NCBI GenBank assembly: GCA_963832165.1
Contig: CAWHTE010000001.1
Span: 672,001 to 736,000, forward strand
DNA length: 64,000 nucleotides
Reading direction: 5' to 3'
Source: an uncultured delta proteobacterium
Lineage (GTDB): Bacteria > Myxococcota_A > UBA9160 > SMWR01
The notes below the pieces were generated by a model. It ran no database searches. It worked only from the letters and a program-made list of their open reading frames with translations, and was not told the origin of the DNA. Within the stretch, counting starts at the first letter, position 1, and every line of letters begins with the position of its first letter. The translations under genes and the position numbers were made by a program. Shown piece after piece: positions 1 to 9,662 of this stretch.

Positions 1-956
1 CGCGCGATCTGCTGCCGCTTGGCCGTGTCGTAGACCCGGATCTCGGGCCCGGGGGCCTTGTGCGAGCCGCGCTCGCCCTGGTGCACGATCGAGTAGAGCC
101 GCTCGGACGCCGCGTGCCACGCGAGGTGCTGGAATCCGCCGACGCGCCAGCGATCACTGCGGTCCGCGTCCGAGAAGAGCGACCAGCTCGGCGCGACCGC
201 GGGAGGATCGGAGGCGAAATCGATCACGTGCGCGTTGCCCTCGAACGAGGCGAACAGCCAGCGGGTGCCCGAGCGCACGCCGGCCATCGTGACCGGATCC
301 TCGACCGGATCGAAGAAGCGCGCGGAATGCGCGACGACGCGGCCGTGTCCCGCGTTGTCGAGCTCGACGACGGTCGTCGTGCCGTCGTCGCAGAGCGTTG
401 CGAACCGGCGCTCGCCGGTCGGGAAGACGCCCGCGCAGCCCGTGATCACCACGTCGCCCACGAAACGCCGCGCTTCGAGATCGCTGATCGAGACCGACGC
501 GTACGGGAACTGGTTGAAGGTGGCCAGGAAGCGCTCGCCGTCGAGCAGCGCCGCGTAGGCGATCGAGGTGTTGGCGTCCCCGGTATGCGGGGGCAACACG
601 ATCTCGCCCGTCACCGAGAGTGTGCGGTCGTCGTAGATCGTGATGAAGTCGATGCGCTCGCCGCGACGCCCGCGCGAATAGGCGATGTCGGCGGTGTAGA
701 CCTCGCCGCGCCGCCGCGCGTGCATCGGGAGCTTGGGCGTCACCGTCACGCTCGATGAGTCGACCATCCCGAGCATCTTGCCCGAGTCGCCGTCGAAGAG
801 CGCGCTGCGCTGCCAGATCCGGTCGGTCACCCACACGCGGTGCTCGCCGCCGGGCGGGATCTGCATCGGCTCCGACGCCTGCGGTTCTGCGGCTCCGGAT
901 GCGACGCACAGCAAGACCGCGGTGCAGACGCCGGCGATCCCGCGCAGCCCGCCCAT
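1..956 (-). CDS. mauB: Amine (methylamine/aromatic amine) dehydrogenase large subunit, MauB/AauB-like; runs off the window start
   Basis: Not in the ORF track. Manual translation from ATG at 956 (TGATG overlap with the MMPL stop): signal peptide MGGLRGIAGVCTAVLLCVASGAA, then RVWVTD...DGDSGKMLGMV...YSRGRRGERIDFITIYD...FNQFPYASVSISD...GCAGVFP...FATLCDDG...WRVGGFQ...GSHKAPGPEIRVYD, typical of TTQ amine dehydrogenase heavy chains. Confidence 0.8.
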   Translation of the reverse strand, partial: MGGLRGIAGVCTAVLLCVASGAAEPQASEPMQIPPGGEHRVWVTDRIWQRSALFDGDSGKMLGMVDSSSVTVTPKLPMHARRRGEVYTADIAYSRGRRGERIDFITIYDDRTLSVTGEIVLPPHTGDANTSIAYAALLDGERFLATFNQFPYASVSISDLEARRFVGDVVITGCAGVFPTGERRFATLCDDGTTTVVELDNAGHGRVVAHSARFFDPVEDPVTMAGVRSGTRWLFASFEGNAHVIDFASDPPAVAPSWSLFSDADRSDRWRVGGFQHLAWHAASERLYSIVHQGERGSHKAPGPEIRVYDTAKRQQIA

Positions 957-3403
957 CACGCGGCCTCCCGCAGCTCGGCGTGGCGCGCGCCTTCGGGTCC
1001 GAACGGCTCGAACGTGAGCACGAGCGCGGGCGTGAGCAGGAGATCGGCGACCAGTGCGGTCGCGATCGTCGTGGCGAGCAGCACGCCGGACTGCGCGCTC
1101 GAGTCGAGCACCGAGAAGATGTTCACGAGGAAGCCCAACACGAGCACGAGCGAGGTCACGAACACGGCATGGCCGACGTCGGTCATCGCGGCCCTGAGCG
1201 CCTCGCTGTAGCTGCCGGTCACGGTGAACTCATGGTGGTAGCGCGAGATGAAGTGAATCGTGTCGTCGACGGCGATTCCCATGGCGACGGTGGCGATCAT
1301 GATCTTGTTGTAGTCGAGCGGAATCCCGAGCCATCCCATGCCGCCCAGCGTGAGCAGGATGGGCCACACGTTCGGCACCATCGAGAGCAGACCGGTCTTG
1401 ATCGAGCCGAAGATGAAGCACATCATCGCGCCGATCAGCGCGAATGCGTAGAGGAAGCTCTCGATCTGGCTCGAGACGATGTAGTCGAGCAGCTCGAGCC
1501 AGAGCGCGCCGATGCCCGTGAGCTGCACGTCGACTCCCGCGATCGGGTGGGCGGCGAGGTAGGCGCCGAGCTGCTTGACGAGATCGTCGGTGAGGCTGAT
1601 CGGTGCGATCCGCAGCCGCAGCTCGAGATTCGCACGTGAGAAGTCCGTGGTGGCCCACTCCTGCACCTCGTCGCCGCCCGACGTCTCGTAGAGAAGCAGC
1701 AGCTGCGAGACGAGCGCGCGGTCGTCCGGGATCGCATAGTAGGCCGGGTCGCCGTCGTGGAATGACTGGTTCAGGTCCTTCACGATGTCGACGATCGAGT
1801 AGGCCTTCTTCACCAGGAAGCCGTGCTTCTCGGCCTCCAGCTGCACGCGCTCGATCGCGCGCAGCACCTCGGGATCGCGGATGCCGTCCTCGCGCTTCGT
1901 GTCGAACACGTAGACGAGGTTGCTCATGCCGCCCATCACCTCGTCGATGCGGGTGGTGGCGCCCTTGAGCTGAACGCGGTCGGAGAAGTCGTTGAGCCAG
2001 TTCGAGTCGACGCGCAGGCGCGCAACGCCGACGAGCGAGAAGATCGAGATCGCCGCGAACACGACGAGCACGGCGCGCCGGTTTCGCACGTTCCAGGTGG
2101 CCACCGAGGCGAGCCCGCGCACGAGCCACTGGCCGCCGCGCTCGGAGCCGGCGGGGCGCGGCTTCGGCTCGCGCCGGCCGAACGAGAGCAGCGCGGGGAG
2201 CAGCGTCATGGTGAGCGCGAACGCGAGCACGACGCCCACGGCGCTGTACACCGACATGTGCGAGATTGCCACGATCGGCGATACCTGGAGCGCGAGGAAG
2301 CCCACGGCCGTGGTCATGCTCGTGAGCAGGCACGGCGCGCCCACGAGGTAGAGCGTCTGCACGATCGCCTCGCGGCGGTCGCCCAGCCGCTGGAACAGCG
2401 TCCGGAACTCGACGAGGATGTGCACGGCCTCGGCCACACCCACCGTGACGAGGATGTTCGGCACCGATCCGAACATCATGTCGAGCTTCCAGCCGACCAG
2501 CGTCACGAACGCGATCGTCCCGAACACGGCGATCTGGACGATCGTGAGCGGGCCCAGCACACCCACGATCGAGCGGAAGAACAGCGCGAGCACGACCCCG
2601 ATCACGGCCGACGAGATCATCTGGAGGAAGCCGTTCTCGTGCTCGATGATCCGGTTGTAGGCGGTGTTGAGCGGAACGTCGCCCGAGTGATAGAAGCGCA
2701 AGCCCGCGTACTCGGGCCGCGCCACGATCTCCTCGATCTTCTCGCTCGTGACCTGCGGATAGAGGTTGTCGAGCGCGTCGGGGCGCTCGGCGTTCGGGTC
2801 GAGGCGGATGCGCTCGGGCGGATCCGTGCTCGTGCGATCCATGTCGATCGAGATCGCGCCGAAGCGCCCGTCGGCCGTGACGAGACCGCCCACGTACTGG
2901 GGCTTGGCCAGGAACAGCCCGCGCGCCTCCTGCATCGCCTCGCGCGTGTGCGGGAAGTCGCGCCAGACCTCGCGGATCGCGATGCCGTCGGCCGTCGGGG
3001 TGACGATCTCGGCGTTGGCGAGGCTCGTCACCTCGTAGAGGAACGGAACCTCGTCTTCGATCGCTTCGGTGAGCTGCGCGATCCGCTGCATCGTCTCGAG
3101 GTCGAAGACGCCGTCGGCGGCGTCGGGGGCCTCGTACATGAGGTAGGAGACTTCGTCGGAGCCGAAGTCGTCGCGATAGGTCAGGTAGTCGCGGTAGCTC
3201 GGATCGCCCGGCGCGAAGAACGCCTCGTAGGAGTTGTCGATGCGCGCGCGCCCCACGAGCACGATCGAGCCCGTGATGAACGCGGCCGTCGCCGCGAGCA
3301 CGATCCAGCGGTGGTCGAAGCACCAGCCCGCGAGGTGCCCGAATGCGCGGTTGATCGCGCCGATCGCCCCCGAGCCCCCCTCTCGACCGTTCGCGGCCGC
3401 CAT
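956..3403 (-). CDS. MMPL/RND-family transporter
   Basis: 815 aa, two repeats of one TM + large loop + five TMs; GIAVDDTIHF motif. Confidence 0.9.
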   Translation of the reverse strand: MAAANGREGGSGAIGAINRAFGHLAGWCFDHRWIVLAATAAFITGSIVLVGRARIDNSYEAFFAPGDPSYRDYLTYRDDFGSDEVSYLMYEAPDAADGVFDLETMQRIAQLTEAIEDEVPFLYEVTSLANAEIVTPTADGIAIREVWRDFPHTREAMQEARGLFLAKPQYVGGLVTADGRFGAISIDMDRTSTDPPERIRLDPNAERPDALDNLYPQVTSEKIEEIVARPEYAGLRFYHSGDVPLNTAYNRIIEHENGFLQMISSAVIGVVLALFFRSIVGVLGPLTIVQIAVFGTIAFVTLVGWKLDMMFGSVPNILVTVGVAEAVHILVEFRTLFQRLGDRREAIVQTLYLVGAPCLLTSMTTAVGFLALQVSPIVAISHMSVYSAVGVVLAFALTMTLLPALLSFGRREPKPRPAGSERGGQWLVRGLASVATWNVRNRRAVLVVFAAISIFSLVGVARLRVDSNWLNDFSDRVQLKGATTRIDEVMGGMSNLVYVFDTKREDGIRDPEVLRAIERVQLEAEKHGFLVKKAYSIVDIVKDLNQSFHDGDPAYYAIPDDRALVSQLLLLYETSGGDEVQEWATTDFSRANLELRLRIAPISLTDDLVKQLGAYLAAHPIAGVDVQLTGIGALWLELLDYIVSSQIESFLYAFALIGAMMCFIFGSIKTGLLSMVPNVWPILLTLGGMGWLGIPLDYNKIMIATVAMGIAVDDTIHFISRYHHEFTVTGSYSEALRAAMTDVGHAVFVTSLVLVLGFLVNIFSVLDSSAQSGVLLATTIATALVADLLLTPALVLTFEPFGPEGARHAELREAA

Positions 3404-3408
3404 TCAGC

Positions 3409-4185
3409 TCACGCCGGCGCCGCCGCCAGCCCGCCGTCGATCTTGATCACGGCACCGGTCGTGAAGCTCGACGCGTCGCTCGCGAGGTAGAGCGCGGCGC
3501 CGACGACCTCGTCGGCCTGGCCGCCGCGGCGCAGCGGGATGCTGCGCTCGAGCTGCGCGGTCGCCTCGGGTCCCCACGCCTTGCTGATGTCGGTGAGGAA
3601 CGGGCCCGGCATGATGCAGTTCACGCGGACCTCGGGCGCGAGCACGCGTGCGAGCGCGACCGTGAGGTTGTTGAGCCCGGCCTTTGCCGCGGCGTAGGGC
3701 ACTTCGATCGGCGAGGGCTGTACCGCGGCGATGCTGCTGACGTTGATGATCGAGCCGCGGCCGTCCTGCTTCATCCGCGTGCCGATCCGCGCCGCGAGCC
3801 GGAACGGCCCCTTGAGGTTCACGCTGAGCACCTTGTCGAAGAGCTCTTCGCTGACCTGGTCGATCGAGGGATAGAGCGGCGACATGCCCGCGTTGTTCAC
3901 GAGCACGTCGACGCGACCGAACTCCGCGTAGACGGTGTCGGCGAGCGCGTCGCAATCTTCCCAGCGTCCGACGTGACACGCCACGCCGAGCGCGCGTCGC
4001 CCCGTGTGCTCGGAGATCTCGGCGGCGAGCGCCGTACACGGTTCCTTCTTGCGGCTCGCGATCACCACGTCGGCGCCGTGCGCGGCGAACGCGCGCACCA
4101 TCGCCTCGCCCAGGCCGCGGCTTCCGCCCGTGACGACGGCGACGCGCCCGTGCAGATCGAGCTCGAGGCGGTGACTCTGGCCCAT
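3409..4185 (-). CDS. SDR family oxidoreductase
   Basis: TGGSRGLG, NNAG and YAAAK motifs. Confidence 0.93.
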   Translation of the reverse strand: MGQSHRLELDLHGRVAVVTGGSRGLGEAMVRAFAAHGADVVIASRKKEPCTALAAEISEHTGRRALGVACHVGRWEDCDALADTVYAEFGRVDVLVNNAGMSPLYPSIDQVSEELFDKVLSVNLKGPFRLAARIGTRMKQDGRGSIINVSSIAAVQPSPIEVPYAAAKAGLNNLTVALARVLAPEVRVNCIMPGPFLTDISKAWGPEATAQLERSIPLRRGGQADEVVGAALYLASDASSFTTGAVIKIDGGLAAAPA

Positions 4186-4194
4186 CTCGAAGCG

Positions 4195-5493
4195 CTACAG
4201 GTTCCCGATCTCGTGCTCGAGCAGGTGCGCGAAGCGCTCGCGCGCCGCGGCGCGCTTCGTGGGCAGGTGCCCGCTCGGCCACAGACCGTCGACGCCCTTG
4301 TGATCGCGCAGCACCTGCTTGGCCACCGTCACCTTGTGCACCTCGGTCGGGCCGTCGGCGATGCCCATCACCTCAGCCGCCATCAGCATGCGCGCGAACG
4401 GCATCTCGTTCGAGACGCCGAGCGCGCCGTGCAGGTGCATCGCGCGCTGCACCACGTCGTGCAGGACCTTCGGCATCGCCACCTTCACCGCGGCGATGTC
4501 CTTGCGCACCTTCCTGTAGTCCTTGTAGCGGTCGATCAGCCAGGCCGTGCGCATCACGAGCAGCCGGAACTGCTCGATCTCGATCCAGCTGTCGGCGATC
4601 TTCTCCTGGACCATCTGGAGCGATGCGAGCTTGCCGCCGCGCACCTCGCGCGAGAGCGCGCGCTCGCACATCATGTCGAACGTGCGCCGCAGCTGCGCGA
4701 CCGTGCGCATCGCGTGGTGGATGCGCCCGCCGCCGAGCCGCGTCTGCGCGATCACGAACGCGGAGCCGGGCTTCCCGAGCACGTGATCCGCGGGCACGCG
4801 CACATTCTCGTAGCGGATGTAGGCGTGGCTCGCGTGCGCCTCGGATTCGGTGCCGACCCCCACGTTGCGCACGATGTTCACGCCGGGTGTGTCGGTGGGC
4901 ACGATGATCATGCTCATGCCCTCGTAGGGCGAGACATCGGGATCCGTCACCGCCATCACGATCAGGAAGCTCGAGTAGCGCGCGTTCGACGAGAACCACT
5001 TCTCGCCGTTGATCACCCACTCGTCTCCGTCGCGCTTGGCGCGCGTGATGAAGAGGGTCGGGTCGGCGCCCGCGTGCGGCTCGGTCATCGAATAACACGA
5101 CGAGATCTCGCCATCGAGCAATGGCTGCAGGAAGCGCTTCTTCTGCGACTCGCTGCCGTAGTGCGCGAGGATCTCGGCGTTGCCCGAATCCGGTGCCTGG
5201 CAGCCGAAGATCGACGGTGCCCAGCTCGAGCGGCCGAGGATCTCGTTCATGAGCGCGAGCTTGAGCTGTCCGAAACCCGGTCCGCCGAGCTCTTCGCCGA
5301 GATGGCACGCCCACAGACCGCGCTCCTTCACCTTCGCCTGCAACGGCCTGGCGATCGCGAGCGCTCGCTTGTCGCTCTTGTCGTACGGGTCGCCCAGCAC
5401 GAAGTCGAGCGGCTCGACCTCGTCGCGCACGAACGCGTCCACCCAATCGAGCTCGCGCTGGAACTCGGGGTCGGTCTCGAAATCCCAGGCCAT
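4195..5493 (-). CDS. Acyl-CoA dehydrogenase
   Basis: Start MAWDFETDPEF with GGAGG SD; APDSGNAE, SMTEP, NGEKWF, GRIHH, ADGPTEVH. Confidence 0.93.
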   Translation of the reverse strand: MAWDFETDPEFQRELDWVDAFVRDEVEPLDFVLGDPYDKSDKRALAIARPLQAKVKERGLWACHLGEELGGPGFGQLKLALMNEILGRSSWAPSIFGCQAPDSGNAEILAHYGSESQKKRFLQPLLDGEISSCYSMTEPHAGADPTLFITRAKRDGDEWVINGEKWFSSNARYSSFLIVMAVTDPDVSPYEGMSMIIVPTDTPGVNIVRNVGVGTESEAHASHAYIRYENVRVPADHVLGKPGSAFVIAQTRLGGGRIHHAMRTVAQLRRTFDMMCERALSREVRGGKLASLQMVQEKIADSWIEIEQFRLLVMRTAWLIDRYKDYRKVRKDIAAVKVAMPKVLHDVVQRAMHLHGALGVSNEMPFARMLMAAEVMGIADGPTEVHKVTVAKQVLRDHKGVDGLWPSGHLPTKRAAARERFAHLLEHEIGNL

Positions 5494-5515
5494 CGGGGGG
5501 TCCTCCACTTTTCGA

Positions 5516-5560
5516 CTTCGCTCGCCTGCGGCTCGCTGCGCGCCGGCTTCGCCGGCTTGC
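5516..5560 (-). repeat. Palindromic repeat with GNA-triloop hairpins, intergenic copy
   Basis: Reverse strand GCAAGCCGGC-GAA-GCCGGCGCGCAGCGAGCC-GCA-GGCGAGCGAAG; core shared with copies at 26294, 26375 and 50052. Confidence 0.75.
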
Positions 5561-5609
5561 GTCGGGTCGGAGACCCACTGTGAACCATGGGCTCCGATCG
5601 GGCAAGCGC

Positions 5610-6542
5610 TCAGCCGGTAAAGGGCGGGACGGCCTCGCCGCGCACGCGAGCGCGATGGCGGTCCTTGAGGATCAGCGCCGCGTCGACGAGCGTCTTGCGT
5701 TTGGGACCGCGCTCGAGGATCGCGTCGAGCTCGCGCAACTCCTCCTCGGTGAAGCCGGCCTCGATCCGCTCCTCGCGCGCGATCGCGCGCACTCCGAACG
5801 AGAAGCGCGTGTCGGTCTCGCGCTGGAACTCCGCGGCGCGCCGCGCGTGCTCGGGGTCGTCGCGCGTGAACTCCTTCACCCAGTCGCTGCCGAAGCGCAC
5901 GTGGGTGAGCTCGTCCGCGAGCACGAAGTCGACCGCCTGCTCGATGATCTCGTCGCTCTGGGCCCGCCCGTAGTCGATCAGCGAGCGGAACGCATCGCAG
6001 GCGAGGCCCTCGAGGCAGCGGTTCACGCCCGCGACGCGCAGCACGGGATCCTCGACGCACGACGTCTCGAACAGGAAGGTGTTCTCGGGGAACTCGCCGA
6101 GCTCGCCGCCGACGTGGTCGAGGAGCTTCTCGTAGATCTGCACGTGGCGCGCCTCGTCCCAGGACTGACGCGCCATGTTCATCTTGAACTCCCAGGGCGC
6201 GTCGGGAAAATCCCAGAGCGTGCGGCTCGCGGCCTCGAGTGCTTGCAGCTCGCCGACGAAGATGCCGTGGAGCTGTGCGCGGAGCTGGAGCGGCGTGCGC
6301 TCGGTGCTCTGCGCGGTGCCGGCAGCCGTGGTCAGGAACATGAAGCCCGGGCCGAGGTCGTCGAAGACCGCCTCGAGCGTGGTGCCCTCGACGCGCTCGC
6401 GCAGCTTGGGCGCCACCTGCTCGAGCACGCGGACCACGCCCGCGACGTCGTCGGGCAGGGTGCGGAACAGCTCGTTCTTCGAGTTGGCGCGCTTGAAGCG
6501 CGAGTCTCGCGCGAGGTCGCGGGGCGGGAGGAAGCGCTTCAT
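5610..6542 (-). CDS. Ferritin-like di-iron protein (DUF455-like)
   Basis: GELQALE...WDEARH and LEGLACD...ADELTH paired E/ExxH motifs; start MKRFLPP chosen. Confidence 0.75.
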   Translation of the reverse strand: MKRFLPPRDLARDSRFKRANSKNELFRTLPDDVAGVVRVLEQVAPKLRERVEGTTLEAVFDDLGPGFMFLTTAAGTAQSTERTPLQLRAQLHGIFVGELQALEAASRTLWDFPDAPWEFKMNMARQSWDEARHVQIYEKLLDHVGGELGEFPENTFLFETSCVEDPVLRVAGVNRCLEGLACDAFRSLIDYGRAQSDEIIEQAVDFVLADELTHVRFGSDWVKEFTRDDPEHARRAAEFQRETDTRFSFGVRAIAREERIEAGFTEEELRELDAILERGPKRKTLVDAALILKDRHRARVRGEAVPPFTG

Positions 6543-6685
6543 GACGGCTCCGGGCGCGCAGTAGAGCCACCCAAGGATGGCTCCGCGGCCGCGAAAGCTC
6601 AATACGGAGGGCGCCGCAGCCTCCAGGTAAACCGCCGGGCGGGCCGCCGGGTCAGATAGGGGCATCCAACCAGGGGGACTCCGTC

Positions 6686-7141
6686 ATGAGCCTGAACGTC
6701 TGGAGATCGAAGTGGATCGCGGCGCTCGCCGTGGGACTGGTCGCGGTGGTCGCCGCGAGCTCCGCGGGGGCATTCGGGAAGCGGCGCGGCGGTCCCGGCC
6801 TCGCGCAGCTCGAGCACCGGCTCGAGAAGCTCGATCTCTCCGCCGACGTACGTGCGAAGGCGTACGCGATCGTCGACGCGCAGCGCGCCCAGGAGCGCGC
6901 GCTGCGCGAGCAGATCCGCACCGCGCACCAGGAGCTGGGCGCCCTGGTGAAGGCCGGCACGCCCGACATCGAGGCCGTCGACGCGCAGATCGACGAGCTC
7001 GGCGTGCTGAAGACGCAGCAGCACAAGCAGTTCCTGCACGCGTTGCTGAAGATCGGCGCGCTGCTCCCCGAGCAGCAGCGGGCGCAGTGGTTCGAGCCGC
7101 CGCACCGCCGCGATCATCACCGCGGCGAGCGGCAGCGCTGA
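6686..7141 (+). CDS. Spy/CpxP-family periplasmic protein
   Basis: Signal peptide, LDLSAD, helical body, LLPEQQR; His/Arg-rich tail. Confidence 0.75.
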   Translation: MSLNVWRSKWIAALAVGLVAVVAASSAGAFGKRRGGPGLAQLEHRLEKLDLSADVRAKAYAIVDAQRAQERALREQIRTAHQELGALVKAGTPDIEAVDAQIDELGVLKTQQHKQFLHALLKIGALLPEQQRAQWFEPPHRRDHHRGERQR

Positions 7142-7208
7142 ATCCGCGGGCAGCCGGGGCCGGCGCCTGCGCCGTCCCCGGTGCCCGCCTTGCCATGCGA
7201 GACGCGTC

Positions 7209-7802
7209 GTGCAGCCTCTGATCCGATCGTTTCCAACCATCGCAGCGCCGTCAGGAGCGGAGGTGGAGTCGGAAGCCGACCTCGAGCTGTGCTTCGACGC
7301 GTTCGTGAACGACCATCGCGAGCGCGCGCTTCGCCTCGCGTGGCGCCTGCTCGGCGGCGACGCCGCTGCGGCGGAGGACGTGGCGCAGGAGGCCTTTGCT
7401 CGCGCCTATCGCGGGCTCTCCCGCTTCCGCGGCGAAGCGGCCCTCACCACGTGGTTCCACCGCATCCTCGTCAACGAAGTGCGCCGCCATCAGCGCTGGC
7501 GGGCGCTCCGCGCGGCGTGGTGGGTCGACGATCGCGAGCCCGACACGGTGCCGGACCCGAGCAGCTGCGGCGACGCGCTGCGGCCCGACCCGGCGCTGCG
7601 GCGCCGCATCGGCGATGCGATCGCCGCGCTGCCGCGCGGACAACGCGAGGCGTTCGTGCTCGTGCACCTCGAGGGGCTCACGTTGTCGGAGGCCGCATCG
7701 GCAACCGGGCGCGCGGTAGGTACGATGAAGTCGCATCTGCACCGCGCGCTGGCGAGCCTGCGCGATCGGCTCGCGGACCTCGCGCCGGAGGAGAAGCAAT
7801 GA
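7209..7802 (+). CDS. ECF RNA polymerase sigma factor
   Basis: AEDVAQEAF...FRGEAALTTWFHRI (region 2); LPRGQREAFVL...GTMKSHLHRA (region 4). Confidence 0.92.
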   Translation: MQPLIRSFPTIAAPSGAEVESEADLELCFDAFVNDHRERALRLAWRLLGGDAAAAEDVAQEAFARAYRGLSRFRGEAALTTWFHRILVNEVRRHQRWRALRAAWWVDDREPDTVPDPSSCGDALRPDPALRRRIGDAIAALPRGQREAFVLVHLEGLTLSEAASATGRAVGTMKSHLHRALASLRDRLADLAPEEKQ

Positions 7803-8170
7803 GCGACCGCCCTGAAATCGATCGCGACGCGGAGCTCGTGCGCCGGATCGCGCAGAGCTACCGGCCGCCCGAACCGGAGCCTTCGGCGCGAGTCGCCTTC
7901 CGCGCAGGGGTCGATGCGCGCATCCGGCGTCGGGCGGGGCGCAAGCTGTGGCTGGCGGGCGCAGCGACCGCCGCCGTCGCCGTGTCGTTCGCGCTGCTGC
8001 GCGGCTCACTGCCGGCCGACGCGCCGACGGCGCCGCCCGCGACGGTTGCCGGGATCGAGACCGGGGAGGCGCTGCTCGCGCTGACGCTGCCGACCGAGTC
8101 CGATGCGGAAGCGCTGCCGGCCGACTATCAGGCGATCGAGGAGCTGTTCCTCGAAGGCGAGGGGGTGTAA
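7799..8170 (+). CDS. Putative membrane anti-sigma factor
   Basis: ATGA overlap with the sigma gene; one TM (LWLAGAATAAVAVSFALL) after a basic stretch. Confidence 0.6.
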   Translation: MSDRPEIDRDAELVRRIAQSYRPPEPEPSARVAFRAGVDARIRRRAGRKLWLAGAATAAVAVSFALLRGSLPADAPTAPPATVAGIETGEALLALTLPTESDAEALPADYQAIEELFLEGEGV

Positions 8171-8173
8171 CGC

Positions 8174-8662
8174 GTGACCCTGCGACCGCTCCGATCTCGT
8201 GCTCTGCTCGCGCGCTGGGCGGCGCTCTCTCTGGTCGCGTTCGCGCTGTGCGGCGGTGGGTTCGACCGCCACGACCGGCCCGGGATCGAGCGGATCCTCG
8301 AGCACAACGCGGAGCGCCTCCAGCTCGACGCCGCGACGCGCGAGCAGATCCGCGCGCTCGCGGTGGCGGGGCGGGAGCGCTCTCGGCCGCTGCGCGAGGA
8401 GCTTCACCGTCAGCGCGACGAGCTGCGAGCGCTGCTCTCGTCCGACGCGCCCGACGCCGGCGCCGTGATGCAGAAGGCCGAGCAGATCGGCGATACGGAG
8501 ACCGCTGTCTCCAAGGAGCGACTGCGCACGATGCTCGAGATCCGCGCGCTGCTCACGACCGAACAGCGGCGAGAGCTCGTGCGCATCCACGAGGAGTTCC
8601 GCGAACGTCGCAAGGCGGAGCGCGGCGGCGACCGCTGGCGCGATCGAGGCGAGCCCGAGTAA
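8174..8662 (+). CDS. Spy/CpxP-family periplasmic protein
   Basis: Signal peptide, LQLDAATREQI, PDAGAV, LLTTEQR (LTxxQ). Confidence 0.78.
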   Translation: MTLRPLRSRALLARWAALSLVAFALCGGGFDRHDRPGIERILEHNAERLQLDAATREQIRALAVAGRERSRPLREELHRQRDELRALLSSDAPDAGAVMQKAEQIGDTETAVSKERLRTMLEIRALLTTEQRRELVRIHEEFRERRKAERGGDRWRDRGEPE

Positions 8663-8671
8663 CGTCGCCGG

Positions 8672-9610
8672 ATGTTCGACAACCGCGTGACCCGGATGCT
8701 CGGCGTCGAGATCCCGATCGTACAGGCGCCGATGGGCTGGATCGCGCGCTCCCAGCTCGCATCCGCGGTCTCGAACGCAGGCGCACTCGGCATCATCGAG
8801 ACCTCTTCGGGCGAGCTCGACGCGGTGCGCGAGGAGATCCGCAAGATGCGCGATCTCACCGACCGCCCGTTCGGCGTCAACATCGCCCAGCTCTTCGTGC
8901 GCGATCCGAGCATCGTCGAGTTCGTGGTCGAGCAGGGCGTGAAGTTCGTGACGACGTCGGCGGGCGATCCGACCAAGTACACGCGCGCGCTGAAGAGCGC
9001 GGGGCTGACCGTCTTCCACGTGGTGCCGACGCTGCGCGCCGCGCAGAAAGCGGTCGACGCGGGCGTGGACGGGCTCGTGGTCGAAGGCGGGGAGGGCGGC
9101 GGCTTCAAGAACCCGCGCGAGGTCTCGACGATGGTGCTGCTCCCGCTCGTGCGCGAGAAGGTGGACGTGCCGATCATCGCTGCGGGCGGGATCTGCGACG
9201 GCAAGACGATGGCGGCTGCGTTCGCACTGGGCGCCGAGGGCGTGCAGATGGGCACGCGCATGGTGTCGTCGGTCGAATCGCCGATCCACGTGAACTGGAA
9301 GAACGCGATCGTCGCGGCCGCCGAGACCGGCACGGTGATGCTCAAGCCCGAGAAGGGGCCGGCGCTGCGCGCGCTGCGCACCGAGCGCACGTCGCGCCTC
9401 GAGAAGGACCCGAACCACTCGATGGCGGAGCTCGGCGGCGGCGTGCGCGAGGTCTACTTCGAGGGCAACCTCGAGGCGGGCGTCGCGCTCTCGGGCCAGG
9501 TCGCGGGCCGGATCGAAGCGATCGAGCCCGTGGCCGAGGTGATTGCGCGCACGGTGCGCGAGTTCCACGAGACGGTCGAGGCGCTCGCGAAGAATCACCT
9601 GCGGCGTTAG
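8672..9610 (+). CDS. Nitronate monooxygenase / FabK-like flavoprotein
   Basis: PIVQAPMGW, EGGEGGG, IAAGGICDG, GVQMGTR. Confidence 0.88.
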   Translation: MFDNRVTRMLGVEIPIVQAPMGWIARSQLASAVSNAGALGIIETSSGELDAVREEIRKMRDLTDRPFGVNIAQLFVRDPSIVEFVVEQGVKFVTTSAGDPTKYTRALKSAGLTVFHVVPTLRAAQKAVDAGVDGLVVEGGEGGGFKNPREVSTMVLLPLVREKVDVPIIAAGGICDGKTMAAAFALGAEGVQMGTRMVSSVESPIHVNWKNAIVAAAETGTVMLKPEKGPALRALRTERTSRLEKDPNHSMAELGGGVREVYFEGNLEAGVALSGQVAGRIEAIEPVAEVIARTVREFHETVEALAKNHLRR

Positions 9611-9662
9611 GCAAGCCGCCCCGGCGGGTCTGGCGCGAACGAGTCGTTGCCGACCGCGTCGA

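Noticed and set aside
4195..6570. Apparent long N-terminal extensions or fusions (791, 813, 1049, 847, 746 aa ORFs)
   Set aside because: The upstream parts are off-frame read-through of neighbouring genes; the real starts are internal, with SD or stop-start coupling.
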